NCBI GenBank assembly: GCA_020137815.1
Contig: CM035360.1
Location: 124,001 to 188,000, forward strand
Length of the DNA stretch: 64,000 bases
Reading direction: 5' to 3'
From: Hormiphora californensis
Taxonomy: Eukaryota; Animalia; Ctenophora
Part shown: positions 53,560-64,000 of the stretch, piece by piece
Layout of the letters: every line of letters starts with the position of its first letter
Position numbering within the stretch: the stretch's first letter is position 1
The notes under the pieces: generated by a model
The model's input: only the letters and a program-made list of their open reading frames with translations
Databases searched by the model: none
What the model was told of the DNA's origin: nothing
Translations under genes and position numbers: made by a program

Positions 53560-54928
53560 CATCTTGGAGAACCCATCTGTAAAGACGAGGAGATTAAAAT
53601 ATTGAGGAATTATATATTTGTTAAATTAAAGGTCCCGAAATCTTGTAAGACACGTGACCGTGATCTTTTCGATGAGCGTGAGAGACCTAGTTAGTAGAGA
53701 GGTCATATTTATACAAGTTTTTGAATTAATAAGGGAGAACACAACAAAAATCTGTTACTATCGTATTCCACCCGCTCTTTGTTCTGTGCCCTAATCTTGT
53801 TCACCAAACAAAAATATCTGTGTTTTCCTCGTACCCAATGGGAGGCGACGGTTCGGTTAAGGGTAGCGTAAAGAAAGGTCCTATTGGTCGGAAGACAGGG
53901 GACACAAGCAGCACTCTGATGTGGCATTAAACCATAAAGAAAGATAGAGATACGGGGAATGACAGGTACGAAATGCCACTTCACCGCGAGAAAGACAGGT
54001 AGATAAAATGATTCTTCGAGACTCTGTCGAGTCTTCTCAATTTCTCATGAACCTACCCTAATGTGAGGTCAGATAATAAGGCAAGATCATGAGAAGTTTC
54101 GGAAAGTTTAGACTTTAGTGGTTTTGTAAAATAATTCTAATGAAATAATTGTGTTTTGTAAAGTAATTCTAATGAAATAATTGTGTTTTGTACTTTTGTA
54201 AGCTAAAAGCACAAATATATTGAACTCTCCCGGCCCAGTATTTACACAATCTGCAGCTAACAAACACGACAAAGATCTGCTATGAATTATTGAACACCTT
54301 GAACCTATAGAAATAGAAATTATGCAACGTGTAAACTGTCTATTGCAGAGTAGAGAGGGCGTGTGACATGTCATGACAAAGTGACTTATTGAGGGACAAC
54401 AACAACGACAGGATGAATATGTTTCTTTTCACAGCTAGAAAGGAATTCAATGTCACACGCATAGCTATCATCATCATGTAGGCGAGGAATTCAATCCAAA
54501 AACAAACTAAATTCCAGGGGGGCAAAGTTGTGCTTGGAAAACAAGAGAGACATTCCTTCTCCATCTGTGTGTTGACAGTTTAACTGTGCTAAACTATAGA
54601 AACACAGCTAGTGAGTGATACCTTCACGTACTATGTAAGAAGAGAAAAAGAAGAAGAATATTCAAATAAAAGTAGAGGAAGACTGGAGAAATACGGTACT
54701 TCCCCAGTCTTCTTCTACCTCAGAGGAGAAGAAAATGAGGTGTTCAGAATTATAGTGAAGTAGTATGAATGGGGATATACTGCACTCTGAAACCCGAGAT
54801 ATCTGTCGATTATTATAGTTAAAGTACATTCAGGCACGTGTAAATGACCAGGTGAGGGAAGATTAGGTCAGCTAGGTGTGAAAGTAGACTGAGAGAGAGA
54901 GAGAGAGCTACTAAGGGATCAGAGGTGC

Positions 54929-57735
54929 TTACTTACTTGATACTTGGTACGGTCTCCTCAATCATTCGAGTGGCCGGCTCCAAGTATCCTCGCTCGTAAT
55001 GACGTGAGCTGTCTCCACTCATTTCTGTTCTCTGCAGTGTTAGTAATTGCACGGAGAGACTGGGACTGACCCGTAGCGTCTCGATAATCATTCAGCACAC
55101 AGGAGGACCAGGTTTTACGCGGTCTTCCTCTGGAGCGTCTCCCATGACTAGGCACCCAGTGGTAGAGTTTGTTGGGCACCCTACCCTCAGGCATTCTAAT
55201 CAGGTGTCCAAACCAGCGGAGTCTCCCATTGCCAATGAAATTCGAGATTGGTTCTATCCCCGCCCTCTCCAGTACCTCCCTGTTAGATACTCTCCTAAAC
55301 CACTGTATTCTCAGGATTCTACGCAGGCACCGTTGGTGGAACGCCTCCACCCGGCGATCTTGGACCTGAGTAGTTGTCCAGGCCTCACAACCATAGAGAA
55401 GAACTGTCAGAACAGCAGCTCTGTATATCCTGATCTTGGTACAGGTTCTGATGTTACGGTTGTACCAGATCCTACAAAGCATACTGAATGCACTGTAAGC
55501 CTTCCCTATCCTGATACCAAGCTCCTTGTCGATGGTACCGTCAGAGGACAACGCCGATCCGAGATAGGTAAAACTGGAAACCTGCTCAACCGGATTACCC
55601 TCCACAGAGATGCTGACCGTATCCGCCTCTGAAAATGGGCGCTGGCTAAGACCCTTTGAAAAAGCCACAACTTTGGTCTTCTTCGCATTAATCTTCAGAC
55701 CAGCGTACCCTGCGTATTTTACCAGCAAATCTGTTGACTCCTGGAGCCCTTCCTCAGTATCATCCATTACAGCCATGTCATCAGCATAGTCGAGATCCAT
55801 GATCCATTCCCCACCCTCATCACTCTCAGCGCCGTGAAGAGTGAGACCCCTGGAGTCTTGTTGGACTCAGCAAGCTGAGCCGCCCAGTTAATCACGATGT
55901 TGAAGACTGGTGGACACTGAACCAGCCGGAGAGCTCCCCGTCATGTTTCACTGCACTCATAGTACCGTCAAAGAATGCTCGAATTATCCGGACATACTTC
56001 TCTGGAAGACCATAATGGCGAAATTCGGCCCAGATAAAATCCCTGTTAATACAATCGAATGCTGATTTGAAGTCAATAAAGTTTATATACAACGGTAAAT
56101 TATATTCTATACACTGATGGATGATGGTACGGAGGGAATAAATCTGATCCACACAAGACCGGTTACGTCTGAATCCACACTGATTCTCTCGAAGTGCCAA
56201 TTCAAGACCAGAAGACAACCTGTTCAGCATAATTATCTGGAACAGCTTGGAAGTGGTAGATCGCAGAGTGATGCCCCTATTATTTGAGCACACACTGGCG
56301 TCACCCTTCTTGGGAATCACCGAGATGACACCCTTTAACCACTCCTCCGGGACCTTCTCCTCCCTCCAGACTCCACCAAACAGATCCACAAGGGGGCCAA
56401 CAAGACCGGACGAGCCATACCGTAGCTGTTCGTTCGAGATCCCATCAACGCCAGGACTCTTATGGTTTTTGAGCCTGTTCAGTGCCACTAAAACTTCTCC
56501 ACGAGAAGGCGGAGGATCATCCTCACCAAGATCCTCAAAGCACGGGTCCACCTTCAGACCATCCAGATCCGAGAGCTGTGATGTAGTTACAGGGGGGTTT
56601 AGCAGCTCAGAGAAGTGCTCCGCCCAGCGCTCCCGCTGTTGAACAGGATCAGCGATGAGTTCACCGTTCCTATCACGAACAGCAGTACCGCCGCGTTTCC
56701 TCACACCTGACAGATCTTTCATATGCTGCCAAAGTTCCCTCTGCCGCCCGTGCACCGCAGCATCCTCCAGATCAGACGCCAAACTATCCGCCCACCTTTC
56801 ATCGTCCACCCGTGCTGCTTTCTTGACCAGCTTATTAAGCCTAGAGTACTCAGATCCACCCTCGGGATCATTCTTCTTCAGCTCAGCACGTTGGGCGATG
56901 AGGTCTCGAGTCTCCAGAGACAAGTGCTGCTGACGAATCCGTTTCGGCCGCGCTCCCACGTTTCGGCCGCGCTCCCGCGCTCCCAGGACCTCCAGTGACA
57001 CCTCACCGATTACCTCCTTAAGTTGCCGCCACTGACCCTCCAGACTTTCCTCAGGCTCCAGAGATTCAAACCTGTTCCGGAGAGAGACATTGTATTCCGT
57101 GCGTGTCTCATCACACCCCTTCCTGAGATTCTCTATAGCTGGAACCTCCCTGACCGGTTTCCTACAGTTCTTAGCTGCACTCAGTCGGATCCTAACCTTA
57201 CCCCGAACCAGGTAGTGATCAGACCCGATGTCTGCACTCCTTAGGACCCTAACATCCAACAGAGAACTTCGCCACTTGTTGCCGACACACAGATGGTCTA
57301 TCTGCGTCACAGTGGTACCGTCAGGAGATCTCCAGGTTCCCTTGTGGTGATCCCTATGAGGGAACATCTTCCCACCAATAGACAACTGATGAATCCCACA
57401 CAAATCCTCCAACCGCTCACCGTTGTCATTAGAAACTTGGTGGAGAGATTGCCCGCCACCAACCCTCGCGTTGAAATCCCCGCCCAAGAAGACCACGTCC
57501 TGCCGAGGAAGCCTATCCAAAACCGATGATAACTGGTTGTAGAACTCCTCCTTGACCGCGTCATCCTTATCATTGGTTGGAGCATATGCAACAACAAGGG
57601 AGATATTAACATGTTTGGTGTGCAATCGGGCTGCCATGATGCGCTCAGAGAAGGGACTGTAGGAAATTAAGGACTTCTTGACAGATTTTGATAACACCAA
57701 CCCAACACCTTGCCGCCTCAAACCATCTGCCCTGC
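54929..57735 (-). mobile_element. 5'-truncated, inactivated RTE-type non-LTR retrotransposon (APE endonuclease + RT)
   Basis: Endonuclease motifs VVAYAPT, GDFNAR and DIGSDHYLV; RT motifs FIDFKSAFD and DLDYADD; C-terminal RGRPRKTW; (AAGT)n-type 3' tail; 9-bp TSD cagaggtgc at 54920-54928 and 57736-57744. The RT QG motif is deleted, with frameshifts near 55850-55915. Confidence 0.92.
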
Positions 57736-57740
57736 CAGAG

Positions 57741-57802
57741 GTGCAAAGGAGGTATTTCAACATAACATGTATACAGGTTATGTTGAAATACCTCCTTTGC
57801 AC
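57741..57802. repeat. 62-bp near-perfect palindrome
   Basis: gtgcaaaggaggtatttcaacataac-a-tgtataca-g-gttatgttgaaatacctcctttgcac; one mismatch. Confidence 0.9.
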
Positions 57803-58993
57803 ATGTAACCACAATTAGGATCTCAGGGGCTGAGATGATGGGTTTGCCTAAGCCTTAGGTCCTAAGGGTGCCTAACCGTATCCAACGGGCTAAAGGCCAG
57901 CTGTGGATGGTCAATTCAATGAATACAACCACATAAGGGTCAGCTGAGATCGGAGCTATGGATCTCTTTCCTAGAAACCACTACTGCACACATGTTGAGT
58001 ACCCCATACTCAACAACTGCACACGTGTGTTTATCCCGTGAATATATGATCATATTAGACCATGTACCATCGCACGTATATCCAGAGTAGTGCTGACCTC
58101 TTGATGGGATTAGAACATGTGTACTATAACACGTGGCCGTGAGAGATTAATAAAACCACGTCTAGCCACATCTAGATCACAAGGTAGATACCACTGTCCT
58201 ATCCGGGATATATTCTCCTGCATTTGATGAGATGGTAATTCATAACTAGTTAGGGTCTAGAACTCAACATGTTAGGGTGTTTCCCTTCGAGGAAAGGTAA
58301 GGTCTAGAACTTAACTATTTTAAGATAATATATATGAAGCACGGAGCTTGTTAGGAAAGGTTGGGCTGTATAGACTATCACTGCAGGGACATAAAATATC
58401 ATTGCATGTGTAGGTATCACTCTGTAATTTCGGTGTGATTGAAAGTGATATATACCTTGTCCCCATAGAGAATCTGAAAGGGTCTAGAAAACTGAGAGAT
58501 ATACTTTCTGGCGCCACCACGGCCTGATCTTGTCCTGCACGACCATAATATCATGGAACTTAACTTAATATTGTTAACAAGTCTGTCATGCATATCTCCA
58601 AAGTGATAATCATGTGATAATCATGTGATAATCATGTGATAATCATATGATAATCAACCAAGAATTGTTTGGTGATGAAATTACCCCACCACGAAAGCTC
58701 ATGCAATTATAGGGGTGACCAACCAAGAAGTTGAGTTGTTAACTAAAATCCCGTCATTTCTCTCACCTCTCCGGATCAAGACGGCGTATAACAACTTAGC
58801 TTTATTGCATTCTCACCTCTCTCCCCGGACCAGGTCGGCATCCTTCTCAACTATATTGCATGAGCTAATTTCATTCCGGATAGAGCTAGACCTTTATCCA
58901 TTTCTTGTTTGTTATTTAGCACGCATGGCCAGAGCATGTGAAGAAAGAGGGGGAGTGAACGTTAAGGGCCGAAAGGACGGTAGCTACCCGTCT

Positions 58994-59083
58994 GAAATAC
59001 TGGTCCCTGATTGGCTGATAACCAGTCACGTGACCTTAATAACGAGTTCTGATTGGTTGTTTACTTGTTTCGGTCGGTTCCTG
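58994..59083 (+). mobile_element. hAT-type MITE copy 3, left TIR missing
   Basis: Matches the last ~90 bp of the 109-bp element; flanked by a 42-bp direct duplication (58953-58994, 59084-59125). Confidence 0.85.
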
Positions 59084-59852
59084 GAGTGAACGTTAAGGGC
59101 CGAAAGGACGGTAACTACCCGTCTGGAGAAATTGTTATCATTCGATCAATATCAGAGAGATATAAAAAGACATAATTCAGCTCCTAGCATATAGTTAGAG
59201 AGAGAGAGACTTCACATTCGAAGAGCAATCACAGTCATTATGTAGACGGTTAGGTCTCGGAATAACAAATCTTCACACCCAGCCAGAATATCTGCATGAT
59301 AATCTGGCTGGCATCACGCCAACCCTTACGCCAGAGCTTCGCTCAGAAGACCTCTTGCGAGAGGAGTGAGGCAGATGATAAATGAAACAAGTATTCCTCA
59401 TCACATTACGCTCCCTACTCATTGCAGCTCCCACTACCAATATATCCATTTCTTTTGATCGGGGGGCCTGTATCAACTATTCAACTAAATTGATATTGTA
59501 TATCAACTAAATTGATGTATTGTATTGCATGATGGATGATCCCAAGAGACATATCTCTTTCACATGCATTATACTTCCCGCGAATACTCAATTACTTTGT
59601 GACACACATATTATTGTGATGCCTCACATTCATTCTAGCTAAAAGAATCGGAACGAGAAGAATGATTCTGCCAATAAAAACTGGAATATCAGAAACAAGG
59701 ATAAAAACATTAACAGAAACAGTCGTAACAGAAACAGTAACAGAAAACTGCCTATAAACAGGACATGGTTTCACATTTCAAAATGACAAACCCAGTCTGT
59801 AAACACGTTATATCAACAGACAAACAGACAGACAAACACACGTGGTACGTAC

Positions 59853-61778
59853 TGTTGATATTTTCCGCTTTATATTGCTTTTTCCAGGTCCACCCTCTCC
59901 ATCACTGGCCTCGGCTGTTGTTGCAGAGGGAGTTACACCACTGTGACTCTCAGACTTCTGAAACAATTGGGTGTGAGTTAAGAAAATATGTTCAATCGGG
60001 ATAAAAACTCACCAAATTTGAAACCCCAACTACCCAAATTTATCCAAAATTTTATCTAAAATTTTATCTAAAATCACCTGGTTTACCAAAGTGTCATCTT
60101 GCACTTCAAGGATGGTATCAAGGTCAATGGGCAATAATTCTGGTTTAATAACCGAAACACAAACTGCTTCAAAGGTATTGTCAGATGTCGCTTCAAAGGT
60201 GTTGTCAGATGTCGCTTCAATTTCAGAGACAGTTTTGAGAGGATTCTGAAGAGACTCAGAGACAGCTTTGGAAGGCTCAAGTCCCGCTGACATCTCCAAA
60301 ATTTCCACTGGACCGGTTTTGGTGCCTGAATTGACTTCAAAAGACTCCAAGGCGCTCTCGAGCATTTGCTCTAGTTCAGCTGAGGAATTTCTATTGTCTC
60401 TGATGGTAGCATCAGTACGTTTGTCTCTGATGGTAGCATCAGTATGTTTATTTCTGGTGGTAGTGTCAGTATGTCTGTCAGGTTGAGACGACATTTTATA
60501 GTTGTCTCTGATAGCAGTATCAGCTGTACGTCTGTCAGGTTCAGACGTCATTTCATAGTTGCTAATAGTAGTATCAGTACGCCTGTCAGGTTGAGACGAC
60601 ATTTTATAGTTGTCTCTGATAGCAGTATCAGCTGTACGTCTGTCAGGTTCAGACGACATTTCATAGTTGCTAAAAGCAGTATCAGCTGTACGTCTGGCAG
60701 GTTCAGGCGACATTTCATAGTTGCTAATAGTAGTAGTATCAGCTGTACGCCTGTCAGGTTCAGACGACATTTCATAGTTGCTAATAACAGTATCAGTACG
60801 TCTGTCAGGTTCAGACGACATCTCCTCGATTACAATGACCTCCTCAACAGGAATGATATCACGTGGTGTATCGTCCACTATAATAACAGCTTGGTCCATG
60901 TTAACTCCAGCTGACATCATATCAACTCCAGCTGATGCCATGTCTGTTGTGATTTTAACGGCACACAGCTCCAGAGATGGGGTGACAGTTAGAGTTTCGT
61001 GTTGCTGGGGTAACATAGTTTCGTGTTTCTGGGGTAACAGAGTTTCGTGTTGCTGGGGTAACAGAGTTTCGTGTTGCTGGGGTGACAGATTTTCGTGTTG
61101 CTGGGGTAACAGAGTTTCGTGTTGCTGGGGTAACAGAGTTTCGTGTTGCTGGGGTGACAGATTTTCGTGCTGCTGGGGTGACAGAGTTTCGTGCTGCTCT
61201 TTACGCGACTGCCGGCGGATCAGGTTCCGGAATTTTGATCGCGGTGGACTTGGCGAACTCGTTCTGATCATGGAAGGATCGATAGATCGTTTCGACTGGT
61301 GTGTTTCCTCAACTACCTGCTCATGCTCAGCAGATTTGGGTGTTTCGGTGCCCGAATGTTTGGTATTTTCTCCCACATTTAGGTTAGGTCTTTGATCTCG
61401 AACAGCAAGTCTGGGTTTCTGTCCCACGGCTATTGATTTGTCGATCTCCGCAAGGCACAGATCAAGGTCAGTAAACACCTCATCCATCACAGCTGAATTC
61501 TGCCTCCTTGATGCAGTGCCATCTTCTGAATTCTGCCTCCTTATCTTAGACCCATCGGCTGAATCCTGCCTCCTTGATGCAGGCCCATCTCCTGTACTTT
61601 GCCTCCTTGCTGCAGGCCCATCAGGGAGCCTCAAGTTCCTCCACTTGGTATCCCCATCTTTGTTTCTTGCTTCATCTCCACTTGATAGCGCTGAATGGAA
61701 GGCAATACCTCTGGAACGGTAAGGCGATACACCGCCCACCCGGGGCGGCCGAGTCTTGGGTGGGGTATCCAGGTTCAT
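59853..61778 (-). CDS. Repeat-rich intrinsically disordered protein, 5' exons
   Basis: 582-aa ORF from ATG 61778 with RRQS/N, QQHETLLP and EMSSEPDRRT repeats. Phase-0 donor AACCAG|gtgatt near 60078 joins exon 59853-59957 (KSESHSG...KIST|gtacgt). Confidence 0.65.
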
Positions 61779-62419
61779 CTTGTTATCCCGGTCAGAGCAT
61801 TGGCAGCTGACAGTCTTATAGAATAAGAGTGAGTTACACCACTTGGTATATCATACGGGCATTAGTTGCTGAAAACTGTAACAATCAAGATAATAATTCA
61901 ACCGATGTCGTCTGTTACAGTGGAGTGTACACGTGTTTTAGACTACTGTAGACCCTTCTAGAAAAGACAAGATGTGTGTCTTAACAAGAATATATTGCGG
62001 CATCCCAACATCTCTATATATCCCAATATCTCACAATATCTTCCCAATATCCCAATATCTCACTATTATAATCAAGCACGTTAGGATAATATTAATCTCA
62101 AAGCAAAGCCTATTTTTCTGGGCAAAATAATCAAGTTAGACATATTGGCCGCATAATAAACATAATATATGGGATTCTGGTAAAAGCAATAACATATATT
62201 ATTATAGCAACATGCAGCTTTTCACACCTCCCTCTCACTAGGTTGAGGGGGAGAGTCAATGAAAGCAAGACTAACTCAGGGAGAGTCAATGAAAGCAAGA
62301 CTAACTTGAGGGGGGGAGTCTAACTAGAGAGATATTGTTTGTCGTGCAGTTTACTTGTAAACACGATGGAGCTTTTTCGCTCAGAGATTTACTAGTATTC
62401 CATCAAGCGTTAGTCGTTA

Positions 62420-62613
<194 letters not shown>

Positions 62614-63629
62614 GTGTAAGAAAGCTTTTATTTGTCATGCAGCATCGCGAATATTTTTAAACAGTCACGAACTTAAATAGAAAATTAATAGAGACTAGCT
62701 GATGTTAGTATTATAAGAAACAGTATTAGATGATTATATAAGTTGTGACATTTGTAAACAAACAAATGATGAGTGACAGAAGCATATAAATGATAAAGCA
62801 GATCAGCATGTAGGAAAACCAGTTTTCCCCACATGCACATGAATCCATTGTCCCCACTTTATGCGTGATTCTTCGTGAATATATCTCACGCTTCGCCTAT
62901 AATATATTTGTGTCCTTGAAATTTAGAGCATAGAATACGAAAGACCAATTCTTTCACTATTTCAAAGACCACACGGTATCTCTCAAAGGAATGGGGGTTG
63001 CACATTTGTAAGGAAAATCAGAGCTAGACTATAATAGGGAGAGAGCACTTTTCCGGAGAAACACAATATATCGCAACACATATGATCTGCATTTGATGAG
63101 GGAACAATGGGTAGATCTCTATAGATCTCGTAGCTTGTTGCATTACAGAGGGTCAGAAAGAACTGTGATTACACGTGGTATCGTGATCTGAGGATCTTAC
63201 AAAGAAAAGCGCCGATATAACCAAACCTATCAAGTTTATTAGATCCTAATTCTAGAGAGACGTCTTTAACGCGTTATAAGTGAGTAACAGAGTTATAAAT
63301 GTTATCCAATGACATTTAGAATTATCTCGATATATTATTAGAGGACAGATGAGAGCAATTCAGCACATGAAATGAATATTGAATAACCCATATCACTAAT
63401 AGTGATAGCCTTATAAAACCGCATTGATATAGCACATAAAACTGTATTTCCTATCTTATTCCTATGCTAAAAGGATAGACAAATCATAGTGCTGCAGCAG
63501 CTACGGTCTACCCGAATGTCATCTTAACTGATCTCAGCAACATGGGAAAATGAATATGATCGATGGTGAGAGATAAATATATCTCTACCAGGTTTTAAAA
63601 ATCATAAATATCCTATCATTCTCATGTTA

Positions 63630-63730
63630 CAGATGAGAGAGGGACATGATAGAGAGAGAGAGAGATAGAGAGAGAGGTACATGATATTGAGAGAGAGAAG
63701 GAGAAAGAGAGAGATAGTCAGAGACATGAT

Positions 63731-63800
<70 letters not shown>

Positions 63801-63920
63801 CATGATAGAGAGAGACATGATAGAGAGATAGATAGCGAGAGACAGTGAGAGAGGGACATGATAGAGAGAGAGTGAGATAGAGAGTGAGAGTGAGAGAGAG
63901 AGAGAGAGAGAGAGGGACAT

Positions 63921-63998
<78 letters not shown>

Positions 63999-64000
63999 CA
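63630..64000. repeat. Compound (AG)n / gggacatgat repeat
   Basis: Repeated gggacatgatagagag units in an AG matrix, running off the window. Confidence 0.9.

Noticed and set aside
37571-61778. Formin nested in an intron of one giant minus-strand gene
   Set aside because: Possible, but no linking exons were found; satellite orientation and phase better support rearrangement or misassembly.

Overview
Eukaryotic, intron-rich animal genomic DNA with short GT-AG introns, (AG)n microsatellites, minisatellites and many non-autonomous DNA transposons. The style suggests a ctenophore (Pleurobrachia-like), but that is inference. Genes reconstructed by hand-splicing: an SRSF3/7-type RRM protein with a Tyr/Pro-rich tail (+), two orphan multi-exon genes (+), an inversin-like ankyrin+IQ gene (-), an INF2-type inverted formin (+) and a repeat-rich disordered protein (-). 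Mobile DNA: a 5'-truncated RTE-type LINE, two giant palindromic foldback elements, a piggyBac-type element, hAT-type MITEs and a GG-ended MITE, with target-site duplications visible at nearly all of them. Main signal: several satellites are tandem amplifications of the host gene's own exon-intron junctions (exon end + GT, or AG + exon start). This occurs at four junctions of the formin and one of the SR gene and creates arrays of up to ~40 near-identical splice sites. Parts of the window are error-rich (~12.9-14.4 kb, 29.3-34.3 kb, 44-46 kb), and the formin locus appears rearranged or misassembled around a 48-bp satellite.
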